Shown piece by piece: positions 19,326-28,441 of a DNA stretch of 64,000 nt (positions within the stretch are counted from its first letter, which is position 1; each line of letters starts with the position of its first letter). Both the position numbers and the translations under genes were made by a program. Under the pieces are notes generated by a model. It did not search any database. It saw only the letters and a list, made by a program, of their open reading frames with translations, and was not told where the DNA came from. The stretch comes from an uncultured bacterium (GTDB taxonomy: Bacteria > Acidobacteriota > HRBIN11 > JAKEFK01). Where the stretch lies: contig CAWJJO010000022.1 of assembly GCA_963843285.1 (NCBI GenBank), forward strand, positions 60,985 through 124,984, read 5' to 3'.

Positions 19326-20189
19326 TTAGAGCTTCAGCGTCTTCAGCTGATCCAGCAACAACTCCGTTGCCGAATCTCCTTTAATGATTTTGGAAGCCTT
19401 CGCAATCTGCAACACAGCTTCTTCAATGGCGCTTACGCCTGCGCCGTTTTCAATGTCCGTTCTTGCTTTCTGATATTGTTTGTCCACAACAGCTTCTGCC
19501 TGTTTTCCAAGCGTCGTATAAGAGATGGATTTGATCTTTTCCAGGAGCTGCAACAAATTTTCCTTGTTCGGAGCAGATTTGTCCCGGGCTGCTGCCTTTG
19601 TATCCGGGGATGCGGCGGTTTTCGCAATCGGCTGTTGCGGTACAGGAGGAGGATTCTTCAGCGAAACAAGACCATGAGTGATCAGGCCGTAGAGAACCTT
19701 ACTCACGTCGAATACAGGGAGGTTGCACGTCTTGGCGATTGTTCGAATGTCCTGTTTCCCATTGATTTTCGATAGAATCAGCCATTCACTTGTGTTCAGA
19801 TTGATTTGTCCCCGATCTTGATTTTGATCCACTACGAATTCCGGGACCAGGTCGGCAGAGGGTATTTTCTTGGAAAGCACGCGCCATTCATCCAACCTGC
19901 GCGCCGCTTCCATCAGCAGATTCGTATTGCTCTTGCTGATCGTCTTTACGCCCGGTTCGACATCCGGCTCGAAATTAAATTCACCGTCGTTCCAGATCGC
20001 CAGCTCGTAGACAGCTTCTTCACCGCGAATCTCTTCCAGCTCGGCATGCACAATATTGCCGTCCTTCAAATAAATCTGACCGATCCGCTCGTTGCGTTTC
20101 AGATGGAATTTGCCTGTCTTACCCGATACGCTGATCAATTGGATTACATCGGCCAATTGCAGGTGCTTCAAGGAACCCTGAAGAGACAT
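19326..20189 (-). CDS. DUF4388 domain protein
   Basis: MSLQGSLKHLQLADVIQL..GKTG; GEEAVYEL..W..GEF; LLMEAARRLDEW. Confidence 0.85.
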   Translation of the reverse strand: MSLQGSLKHLQLADVIQLISVSGKTGKFHLKRNERIGQIYLKDGNIVHAELEEIRGEEAVYELAIWNDGEFNFEPDVEPGVKTISKSNTNLLMEAARRLDEWRVLSKKIPSADLVPEFVVDQNQDRGQINLNTSEWLILSKINGKQDIRTIAKTCNLPVFDVSKVLYGLITHGLVSLKNPPPVPQQPIAKTAASPDTKAAARDKSAPNKENLLQLLEKIKSISYTTLGKQAEAVVDKQYQKARTDIENGAGVSAIEEAVLQIAKASKIIKGDSATELLLDQLKTLKL

Positions 20190-20410
20190 AGCTTTACTTA
20201 AAAGCTCCGAAAGAAAGGACACCCATAGGATGAGGTCTTAAAAAAATCAAGTGCGAGTCTAGCATACGCAAAAAACCATTGTCAAGAATGACTTACAAGC
20301 AACAGGGTTGCCGAAAACCACCCCAGTTTCCCCCTCGCTCATTATTGCATAGTTCCCCCGATCTGCCTAATATAGAGGCTTCTGTTTGCCAACTCTTACG
20401 AGGAAATGGG

Positions 20411-21547
20411 ATGATCAAGAAGCGACTTTTTACGCCCGGACCTGTCAGTCTTTATCCTCCGGCACTGGCTGCATCGCTGGAAGCGAATATCCATCACCGG
20501 ACGCCGGAATTCAAGGCGATTCTTGTGGAAGTCATCGAGGCTTTGAAACGCGTTCTGGGTTCTCCTGACGAGCTCTATCTATTTGCCTCTTCCGGCACTG
20601 GCGCGATGGAATCCGCGGTTACCAACTTCTTTTCTGCCGGAGAAGAGGTGCTGGTTGCCAGTTGCGGGAAATTTGGGGAACGATGGATCGAGCTGGTACA
20701 ACGCTTTGGACTCAAGGCGACGATCTTGAGTTATGCGTATGGAGAACCTGTTCAACCCGAGGAGATCCGGGCGGCTTTACGTTCGAATCCCCGCGTGCTG
20801 GGCGTATTCCTACAGGCCTGCGAAAGTTCCACGGGAATCCAGAACGACATGGACTCGGTCGCAGAAGCGGTGAAAGGCAGTAATGCCATCCTGATTGTGG
20901 ATGCTGTTTCTGCCCTGGCCACAATGCCTCTTTCCTGTAAATCAGGGATCGATGTTTTGTTGAGCGGCTCGCAAAAAGCGCTCATGATTCCACCGGGAAT
21001 TGCATTCGCCGGAATCAGTGAACGCGCCTCGAAACGGATTGAGAATGCATCACTCCCCCGGTACTATTTTGATCTTCGTATCGCCAAAAAGGCTTGGGAG
21101 CAGAACGGCCAAACGGCATTCACACCTCCCACTTCGCTTGTGTTGTCTCTGCAAAAATCGCTGCAAAGCATCGAAGAAACAGGGTTGGAGAGATTGATCC
21201 GGTTAACTGAAAACAGAGCGCGTGCAACGCGCGCGGGGTTGAACGCGCTGGATCTTGAGATCTTCGCGAAGCGGCCGGCAAACGCACTGACCGCAGTCAC
21301 AGCGCCGGACAGAAACGCAGAAACGATCACCACGGAACTCAAGAAACGATTTGGTTTTCAGGTGGCCGGCGGACAGGGCGAAATGAAAGGAAGGATCTTT
21401 CGCATCAGCCACATGGGTTATCTCGACCATTTTGATTTGCTGGGCGTATTGAGCGCTCTCGAGCTCGTGTTGAAAAAGCTGGGTTATGCTGTTACGCTGG
21501 GCCGTTCTCTCGAAGAATTTCAAAAGATCTATTCCGAAGTAGTCTGA
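20411..21547 (+). CDS. Class V PLP aminotransferase (alanine-glyoxylate / phosphoserine aminotransferase-like)
   Basis: LFTPGP, SSGTGAME, DAVS, GSQKALMIPPG and FRISHMG motifs; adjacent to serA. Confidence 0.9.
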   Translation: MIKKRLFTPGPVSLYPPALAASLEANIHHRTPEFKAILVEVIEALKRVLGSPDELYLFASSGTGAMESAVTNFFSAGEEVLVASCGKFGERWIELVQRFGLKATILSYAYGEPVQPEEIRAALRSNPRVLGVFLQACESSTGIQNDMDSVAEAVKGSNAILIVDAVSALATMPLSCKSGIDVLLSGSQKALMIPPGIAFAGISERASKRIENASLPRYYFDLRIAKKAWEQNGQTAFTPPTSLVLSLQKSLQSIEETGLERLIRLTENRARATRAGLNALDLEIFAKRPANALTAVTAPDRNAETITTELKKRFGFQVAGGQGEMKGRIFRISHMGYLDHFDLLGVLSALELVLKKLGYAVTLGRSLEEFQKIYSEVV

Positions 21548-21549
21548 AA

Positions 21550-23145
21550 ATGCAAAAGATTCTGATTCCGGACGGATTGTCCGAAGCCGGGTTACGCGTG
21601 TTCAAAGAGGAACCCGGGTGGGAAATCGAACTTCATTCCAAACTATCACCCGAGGAGTTGGCCTCCGCAATTTCGGAAGCGGATGCGATGATCATTCGCA
21701 GCGCCAGCAAAGTCACAGAGGAAACTCTGCAAAAGGCCGACAAACTGAAAGTGATTGGGCGCGCCGGCACAGGAGTCGATAACATCGATCTCGCAGAAGC
21801 CACACGAAGGGGGATTCTGGTAATGAATGCTCCAGATGCCAACTCCATTTCGGTTGCCGATCACACCGTTGCGATGCTGCTCGCCCTTTGCCGCCATCTT
21901 CCATTTGCTCACAACGATCTGAAACAGGGCCGCTGGGAAAAGAAAAAGTATGAGGGTGTGGAACTCGAAGACAAGATTGTCGGAATTCTGGGCCTGGGAC
22001 GCATCGGAAAACAGGTGGTGAAGCGGCTTCACGCGTTCGACACGCGGATTCTGATCTACGATCCCTATGTTTCCGAGAAGATGGCCAAGGAGCTCGATGT
22101 GGAGCTTCTCGGCTTAAACGAAGTGCTTGCTACTGCAGATTTCCTTTCACTGCATATGCCGTTTGTGCCTGAAACGCACCACTTTTTGAATCGCGAGCGT
22201 TTTGCAAAAATGAAAACTGGAATTCAGATCATCAATTGCGCTCGTGGGGAATTGATCGATGAGGAAGCATTGTATGCGGCACTGGAAGAGGGAAGGGTAG
22301 GAGGCGCAGCGCTCGATGTATTTAGCGAAGAGCCGCCGCGCAGCGAAGGTCTGTTGAGACTGATCGCACATCCACACGTTATCCTGACACCTCATCTCGC
22401 TGCGTCTACTCTGGAGGCACAAGAAAAAACAGGTTATCAGATCGCTCTTCAAATTCGTGAGTATCTGAAAGAAGGTGTCGTCCGCAATGCGGTAAATTAT
22501 TTCAGCATGACCCGGGATGAATTTGCCCGGATCGAGCCGTATTTGACGCTGGGTGAACGCCTGGGTTCTTTTCTGGCACAGATCGTAGAAGGCGGATATG
22601 ATCGTGTCAGCATTGAATTTAAGGGAGCGATTGCTCAACTTTCCAAAGAAGCGATCATCCACTCCGTTGTGAAAGGAATTCTGGAGCATCCTTTGTCCGG
22701 CCATGTCAATATCGTGAATTCGTTGAGTCTTGCCCGGGATCGTGGGATTGAAGTCGTTTCAACGGTGAGTCCGGCCGACGCGACATTTTCCAGTCTTCTT
22801 GCCGTGACGCTGGAAACCGATCGCTCTACTCAAAAGGTCACCGGCACCGTTTTTGAAAAGACCCTCATCAGACTTGTTTCCATCAATGAGGTCTATCTGG
22901 ATTTTCGTCCAGCTGGCACATTGTTGTACTTCAAAAACCGCGACAAGCCCGGAGTTGTCGGAAAGATCGGAACCCTTCTTGGTTCCAGTGGGATTAACAT
23001 CGCTTCCATGAAATTGGGGCGCGTTCTGGAAACCGGTTACGCGCTTGGTGTCGTCAGTGTGGATGGGGATCTTCCTGCGGCTGTCATTCAGAATCTGAAG
23101 CAAATTCCAGAAATTCTAGAAGCGCGAGGAATACGAATTCACTAG
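21550..23145 (+). CDS. serA: D-3-phosphoglycerate dehydrogenase (with ASB and ACT domains)
   Basis: RAGTGVDNID, GLGRIG, NCARG, TPHLAAST; C-terminal DKPGVVG..GINIA. Confidence 0.95.
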   Translation: MQKILIPDGLSEAGLRVFKEEPGWEIELHSKLSPEELASAISEADAMIIRSASKVTEETLQKADKLKVIGRAGTGVDNIDLAEATRRGILVMNAPDANSISVADHTVAMLLALCRHLPFAHNDLKQGRWEKKKYEGVELEDKIVGILGLGRIGKQVVKRLHAFDTRILIYDPYVSEKMAKELDVELLGLNEVLATADFLSLHMPFVPETHHFLNRERFAKMKTGIQIINCARGELIDEEALYAALEEGRVGGAALDVFSEEPPRSEGLLRLIAHPHVILTPHLAASTLEAQEKTGYQIALQIREYLKEGVVRNAVNYFSMTRDEFARIEPYLTLGERLGSFLAQIVEGGYDRVSIEFKGAIAQLSKEAIIHSVVKGILEHPLSGHVNIVNSLSLARDRGIEVVSTVSPADATFSSLLAVTLETDRSTQKVTGTVFEKTLIRLVSINEVYLDFRPAGTLLYFKNRDKPGVVGKIGTLLGSSGINIASMKLGRVLETGYALGVVSVDGDLPAAVIQNLKQIPEILEARGIRIH

Positions 23146-23183
23146 TATGAATATGTCAGAAATTGAGTCGCAGAGCTAAGCCT

Positions 23184-23477
23184 ATGCCCATCTACGAATA
23201 CGAATGCATTCCCAATAAGCACAGATTTGAAGTGATTCAGAAATTCAATGATCCGCCGGTTTCTCATTGTACCGTTTGCGGAGAACCTGTTCAGAAGCTG
23301 CTGTCTTCGCCGGCGATCCAATTCAAAGGGACCGGCTGGTATGTTACCGATTATGCGAAAAAGAGCGGCAGCAGCGAATCAGCTTCGACAGAGAAGTCTG
23401 CCCCTGCCAAGACTGCTACTGAATCCAGTACTGCAAAAGCCGAATCGCCGAAAAGCGATTCCTCCAAGAAAGACTAG
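23184..23477 (+). CDS. FmdB-family zinc ribbon protein
   Basis: MPIYEYEC..H, CTVC, FKGTGWYVTDY; S/A/K-rich tail. Confidence 0.9.
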   Translation: MPIYEYECIPNKHRFEVIQKFNDPPVSHCTVCGEPVQKLLSSPAIQFKGTGWYVTDYAKKSGSSESASTEKSAPAKTATESSTAKAESPKSDSSKKD

Positions 23478-23503
23478 ATTCGAAAAGCGCGGAGCATGCC
23501 GTT

Positions 23504-23585
23504 CGGTTTGTAACGCCGGCGTCTCGCCGGCAAAATCATAGTGCATCGCCGAGCTGTGCCGGCGGGACGCCGGCGTTACAAACCG
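23504..23585. repeat. REP-like doublet CGGTTTGTAACGCCGGCGTCTCGCCGGC
   Basis: 28-bp inverted repeat with one mismatch; second copy at 35933. Confidence 0.9.
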
Positions 23586-23586
23586 T

Positions 23587-23686
23587 TATCTGATGGCCTT
23601 CCTGCGAAAGAATCTGAAGGGTTCGTCCCAGATCATTTTTTTTCACGAGCATGTAGTCCGTATCAAAATCGCACAACAGCAAATAA
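23587..23686 (-). pseudogene. C-terminal remnant of an ACT-domain (ACT_7/CASTOR-like) gene
   Basis: Translates to LFAV/(shift)CDFDTDYMLVKKNDLGRTLQILSQEGHQI; no start codon. Confidence 0.55.
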
Positions 23687-23721
23687 CTCAGGAAACAAGT
23701 TCAGCGCAGGTCTGGCGCGGT

Positions 23722-24213
23722 TCATTCTGCAAAGTTCCGGGCAAACGCCAGCACCCAGTTTTCTTGCTCCGCTGTTTCCGGAACCCTTTCTCCCCGCGCA
23801 GTTTCAATCAATGAAAATGCCTGTCTCGGCATGATTCCGCGCAGGAATAATACGGCTGCAGCGATCATTGCTGATCTTCCAATCCCTCCCCAGCAATGAA
23901 TGACGACATTTTTCCCTGCATTCAAGAATCCGGCGATCCCTTCAATGTGATATTTTGCCTCCGAAAAAGAAACGGGAACATCATGATCGGAAATGGGGAA
24001 CGAAACAAACTCGACTCCGCCTGATTTGCAAAGGTCGCTTTCTCTCTCCAGCTCCAGGTTCTTCGCTTGATCTTCCGGCAGCAAAGAAACAAGAACCTGG
24101 ACACCATCCATTCGCAGTTGCTCCAGTTCCTGCGCCAGATGTTTTCCGCCGCGCGGGGCGGGCATAATCCCAAATGAGCCCTGATCTCCCTCCTGGATCC
24201 AGTAAATGTTCAG
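23722..24213 (-). CDS. Dual-specificity / protein-tyrosine phosphatase (probable CTG start)
   Basis: HCWGGIGRS (Cx5R) and VPETAEQ; N-terminal IYWI...IMPAPRGG lies upstream of the ORF-track ATG. Confidence 0.88.
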   Translation of the reverse strand: MNIYWIQEGDQGSFGIMPAPRGGKHLAQELEQLRMDGVQVLVSLLPEDQAKNLELERESDLCKSGGVEFVSFPISDHDVPVSFSEAKYHIEGIAGFLNAGKNVVIHCWGGIGRSAMIAAAVLFLRGIMPRQAFSLIETARGERVPETAEQENWVLAFARNFAE

Positions 24214-25529
24214 TCGTTTCTCCCTGATTTCAAGCGTTCGCGCAAGGTGTTTCGGGAAATACCGAGAATTCGCGCCGCGACAGCCTGCTTGAAATCCACC
24301 TTAGGCAGGACGAGATCAATGAGCATCCTTTCCATTTTCGTCATGAAAGTTCCGTATAGATTTCCCTTCATCTGTGTTTCGCTGCTCGTGAGCGCATCTT
24401 CCAGCATGGTGGAAAACGGATTGGCGACGTCCGGTTGCGAAGAACATCCGAGACCCTGGCAGATATGCCATGTATTGGTTGTTAGTACTCCGGATGATTC
24501 AAGAATGATCATCCGCTCGATCACATTTCGAAACTCTTGAATGTTTCCGGGCCAGGCATACTCCTGCATCGTGATCATCAATTCTTCGGAGATTCCTTTT
24601 CTGCGAGATTTTCGGTTTTGCCCGAACTTGTGAAGGAAGTAATCAGCGATCAACGGGATGTCTTCTTTGCGTTGTCGCAGCGAGGGAATGCGGAGATAGG
24701 GAAGAGAGCTTGCAATGCGTTCGTCGATTCGTGATTTTCCGCTTTCCTGATAGGAGGCTACCAGCGTTACTCTGGATCGGGATCCTCTGTCCAGGACTTC
24801 GCCCAGTTGGTCCGCGCTGAGTTTTTCCGCATGACCGAGGAACAGAAATCGTGTTCCAGATGTTTTTCGTAGCTCCTGCATTTTCAACTGGACCAGTTCC
24901 GGCAAGGATCGTCCGTCGTATCGGCACCACTCCAGTAACTGTCTGCAATCGTATCCGGGGAATGGGTGTGAGGCGTTTGAGGACAATCTGTACATTCCGC
25001 CGGCAAGATGTTCCTTGCCTGTTCCATTTTCACCACGAAGGAGGATCGGTTTTCCTTCCTGTGCGAACTTCCTGGCCTGTTCGTTGATCCGGAGAATCTC
25101 CGGATGCTTTCCCAACAAAAGCTGCTCTTCGCGGTCCGCCGGACGTTTGAGTCTCCAAACCGGCCACTGGCGCGTAGCATCCCGGATTCCCTGCAAGATT
25201 GTTTCTGCTTCCTGTGCCGCGCAAAAATAGTCGAAAATACCATACTGCAATGCCTGGATGGCTGTCTGGATGGTTCCATTCTGACAGAGAACGATCACTG
25301 GAATCGAAGAATCATTTCTGGATAACCACTCCTGATGCTTGAGATCAAACTCGTTCCTGACTTTTAGTACGAGCGCCGTTGCTTTACTTTGCTTTGCAAA
25401 TTGCTGTGGAGAGCCGGTAAAGTGAATGGGTTTTGCTTCCCAATGCAGATCCTTGGAAGTACGGGCAAGCTTCTTGAAAAGCGAGTCCTCAGGCCCACAA
25501 TAGATTACGCGTGGCAGAACTGATTTCAT
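24210..25529 (-). CDS. Degenerate NtrC-like regulator (receiver-like, AAA+, Fis HTH)
   Basis: GENGTGKE, PSLRQRKEDIP, WPGNIQEFRNVIER and AARILGISRNTL present; GAFTGA absent. Confidence 0.8.
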   Translation of the reverse strand: MKSVLPRVIYCGPEDSLFKKLARTSKDLHWEAKPIHFTGSPQQFAKQSKATALVLKVRNEFDLKHQEWLSRNDSSIPVIVLCQNGTIQTAIQALQYGIFDYFCAAQEAETILQGIRDATRQWPVWRLKRPADREEQLLLGKHPEILRINEQARKFAQEGKPILLRGENGTGKEHLAGGMYRLSSNASHPFPGYDCRQLLEWCRYDGRSLPELVQLKMQELRKTSGTRFLFLGHAEKLSADQLGEVLDRGSRSRVTLVASYQESGKSRIDERIASSLPYLRIPSLRQRKEDIPLIADYFLHKFGQNRKSRRKGISEELMITMQEYAWPGNIQEFRNVIERMIILESSGVLTTNTWHICQGLGCSSQPDVANPFSTMLEDALTSSETQMKGNLYGTFMTKMERMLIDLVLPKVDFKQAVAARILGISRNTLRERLKSGRND

Positions 25530-25560
25530 CCTTCCAACAAAAGAACAGGCCGGCAACTCC

Positions 25561-26430
25561 CTAATGGAGTTTCAAAGAGAGAAGGTATTTATGAAATGCT
25601 TCCCCTAAATCTTTGCGCTTCAGCGCAATTTCAACAGTCGCTTTAAGAAAACCCAATTTATTTCCGGCATCGTAACGGACACCACTAAATTTATACCCAA
25701 AAACTGGTCTCTTTTTCAATAGCATCCGGAGACCGTTGGTGAGTTGAATCTCCCCTTTCTTATCTTTTGGCACCTCACTGAGGATCTCAAAAAGGTCTGG
25801 AGTGAGAAGATAGCGTCCTATGATGGCGAGGCGGGAAGGAGCTTCCTCCGGAGAGGGTTTTTCAATCATATCGCTGATCTCAAAGAGATTTGGCGCGACC
25901 TCTTTTCCGGCGATGATTCCATAACTGCTGACATCGGAATGTGAGACTTCTTCAATCGCGACGACGGGATGATGTTTTTCGTAGAAGACATCGAGAAGCT
26001 GTTTCATACAGGGCACTTGCGAATCGATGATGTCATCGCTTAGAAAACAGGCAAACGGCTCGTCTCCGATCAGCTCCCGCGCAGTGAGGATTGCATGACC
26101 GAGTCCGAGGGCTTCCTTTTGCCGCACGTAGGAGACCTTGATCATGTCTGAAATATTGCGGACAACCTGAAGTAACGCGTATTCTCCCCGTTGTTCCAGT
26201 ATTTTTTCGAGCTCGAAGGAAACGTCAAAATGATCTTCGATTGCGATTTTCCCGCGTCCTGTAATGATGATGATGTTATCGATTCCTGAAGCGAGCGCTT
26301 CCTCGATTCCATACTGGATCAACGGTTTATCGACAAGAGGAAGCATCTCCTTGGGCTGAGCTTTGGTCGCGGGCAGAAAGCGGGTACCCAATCCTGCTGC
26401 GGGAAATACTGCTTTTCGTACTCTGGTCAT
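25561..26430 (-). CDS. galU: UTP-glucose-1-phosphate uridylyltransferase
   Basis: KAVFPAAGLGTRFLPATKAQPKEML, LGLGHA, IEKP and GEIQLT motifs. Confidence 0.96.
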   Translation of the reverse strand: MTRVRKAVFPAAGLGTRFLPATKAQPKEMLPLVDKPLIQYGIEEALASGIDNIIIITGRGKIAIEDHFDVSFELEKILEQRGEYALLQVVRNISDMIKVSYVRQKEALGLGHAILTARELIGDEPFACFLSDDIIDSQVPCMKQLLDVFYEKHHPVVAIEEVSHSDVSSYGIIAGKEVAPNLFEISDMIEKPSPEEAPSRLAIIGRYLLTPDLFEILSEVPKDKKGEIQLTNGLRMLLKKRPVFGYKFSGVRYDAGNKLGFLKATVEIALKRKDLGEAFHKYLLSLKLH

Positions 26431-26445
26431 TGGTTTCAAGTTGTT

Positions 26446-26520
26446 GAAGATGCGGGCGTCCCTGTCCGCGCAAATCTTGTCGACTGAACTCTCATGCGGG
26501 GACGGAGGCCCGCCGCCCCC
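26446..26520. repeat. GC-rich REP-like doublet
   Basis: GCGGGCGTCCCTGTCCGC ... GCGGGGACGGAGGCCCGC. Confidence 0.75.
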
Positions 26521-26530
26521 AATCGGTTAT

Positions 26531-27256
26531 TTATTTGAAATCGCCGAGTTCATATTGTAGTATCGCTGCCAGAACAAGTCCAGCCGTTTCAGTTCGCAAA
26601 ATGCGTTGCCCCAGATGTGTTTTGTGAAATCCTGTCGCCAGGATCTGAGTCGTCTCTTCCGGGGTCCAACCCCCTTCCGGGCCTACTATGAGTATAATAC
26701 TATTTGATGGATACTCCTGCAGGATCTCGCGCAACGGGCGGGCTTCGCCTCTTTCATGAAGAAGCAGCTTCAGGCCTTCCGGGCAGCTTTGCAAAAATTG
26801 CTCCAGAGTGAGGGGCGGAAAAATGACGGGAGGCTGCGCATTTTCAGACTGCGCGGCAGCGTGTTCGGCAATTTCGTTCCACCGCTGGATTTTGGATTCG
26901 GCGCGCCGGGGACGCACTACAGTCCGCGCTGAAATCAACGGGACGATTTCGGAAACTCCAAGTTCTGTTGTCTTCTGGATCAGCCATTCGAAGCGATCCC
27001 CCTTCGGAATCGCCTGGCATAAGGTGAGCCGGAGGCGAGAAGGAGCCGGAGGCGGAAGCTCCCGTACCGCCTGCAATTCAATTCCTTGAGGCAGGATACC
27101 GGAAATCGCGCATTCCCAGCGCTTTCCCTGAGTCCATACTTCGACAGGATCTCCGTGTTTGAGACGCATGATTTTGATCAGGCGTTTCTTGAAAGTGCGA
27201 TCCAGTTGAAAAACTCCGGAACTGGAAGGGGAGGATCGCAAGAATATTCTGGTCAT
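26531..27256 (-). CDS. rsmE: 16S rRNA m3U1498 methyltransferase
   Basis: QKTTELGV, AAAQS, IVGPEGGW and LGQRILRTETA motifs. Confidence 0.93.
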   Translation of the reverse strand: MTRIFLRSSPSSSGVFQLDRTFKKRLIKIMRLKHGDPVEVWTQGKRWECAISGILPQGIELQAVRELPPPAPSRLRLTLCQAIPKGDRFEWLIQKTTELGVSEIVPLISARTVVRPRRAESKIQRWNEIAEHAAAQSENAQPPVIFPPLTLEQFLQSCPEGLKLLLHERGEARPLREILQEYPSNSIILIVGPEGGWTPEETTQILATGFHKTHLGQRILRTETAGLVLAAILQYELGDFK

Positions 27257-27301
27257 ATTCCAAACGGGAAACGATGGATCCACGAGCGCGATGCGCCCGT
27301 T

Positions 27302-28438
27302 CTATTCCAGCAGGTTCTTTACTTTGTCAAATACACCGCGTTCCTGAGGGCGGATCTTTTCCTTCCGGGTCTTCGCAAGCTCGGTCAACACCTTTTTTTC
27401 CTGGCGGGAAAGATTGTTGGGTATCTTCACCTGGACGCTTACATACAAGTCACCCCTTCCGTAGGAGTTTACATACGGGACGCCCTTTCCTTTCACCGTA
27501 AGCGTCGTTCCCGGCTGGGTTCCTTCGACAAGACGAACTTCCTCCTCACCGTCCGGAGTCGGAACATGGATCATGTCTCCAAGGACTGCTTGCAACATGG
27601 TCACTGAAAACTCACTATACAGATCAAAGCTCTTCCGTATGAACACCGGATGATCTTGTACTTCAACCAGAATGTACAAATCACCCGGGGCGCCTCCGCG
27701 GGTACCTGCCTCTCCTTCTCCCTTCAGTTTTAGACGGTTTCCGGTATCAATCCCGGGAGGGATCTTTACGCTGAGAGAAGATTCGCGTTCGATTCTACCC
27801 GCTCCGCTGCAGGTCTTGCATGGATCTTTGAGGACTTGACCGCTTCCTGCGCAGCGCGGGCATGTCCGGGCGATCGTAACAAAGCCCTGACTGTAGCGCA
27901 CCTGACCGTACCCGTTGCAGGTAGAACAGGTGGTCTTTCCCTGGGCAGAAGAGGAGCCCGTACCCTGGCAAGATTCACAAGAAACCTGCCTGGCGACTGG
28001 AATGTCTTTTTCGATTCCGCGAATCGCTTCTTCCAAAGTGATTTGCAGATGATACTGAAGATCTGCGCCCCGCACCGGGCCACTGCGGCGTCTGCGTCCA
28101 CTGCCTCCGAAGAAATCTCCAAAGAAAAAATTTCCAAGGATATCACCAAAATCGGAAAATAATTCGGGATCAAAACCGGAAAATCCTGCCCCGCTTCCTC
28201 GCGCATTCAACCCTGCGTGACCAAACCGGTCGTAGAGCGAGCGTTTTTCGCTGTCTCCCAGGACGCTGTAGGCCTCGGCCGCCTCTTTGAACATTTCTTC
28301 CGCCTTGGGATCACCGGGATTCTTGTCGGGATGATAGCGGAGCGCCATTTTCCTGTAGGCGCTTTTGATTTCCTGATCGGTTGCATCCTTGATAATACCC
28401 AGGACTTCGTAGTAGTCGCGTTTGGTTCCCACGTTCAT
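27302..28438 (-). CDS. dnaJ: Chaperone DnaJ
   Basis: J-domain HPD, G/F region and four CxxCxGxG repeats. Confidence 0.97.
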   Translation of the reverse strand: MNVGTKRDYYEVLGIIKDATDQEIKSAYRKMALRYHPDKNPGDPKAEEMFKEAAEAYSVLGDSEKRSLYDRFGHAGLNARGSGAGFSGFDPELFSDFGDILGNFFFGDFFGGSGRRRRSGPVRGADLQYHLQITLEEAIRGIEKDIPVARQVSCESCQGTGSSSAQGKTTCSTCNGYGQVRYSQGFVTIARTCPRCAGSGQVLKDPCKTCSGAGRIERESSLSVKIPPGIDTGNRLKLKGEGEAGTRGGAPGDLYILVEVQDHPVFIRKSFDLYSEFSVTMLQAVLGDMIHVPTPDGEEEVRLVEGTQPGTTLTVKGKGVPYVNSYGRGDLYVSVQVKIPNNLSRQEKKVLTELAKTRKEKIRPQERGVFDKVKNLLE

Positions 28439-28441
28439 ATG

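Noticed and set aside
20272-20295. Xer/dif-like imperfect palindrome AAAACCATTGTCAAGAATGACTTA (a similar one at about 32095-32119)
   Set aside because: Only one arm resembles the motif and no XerD arm (TTATGT) is present; too weak to call.
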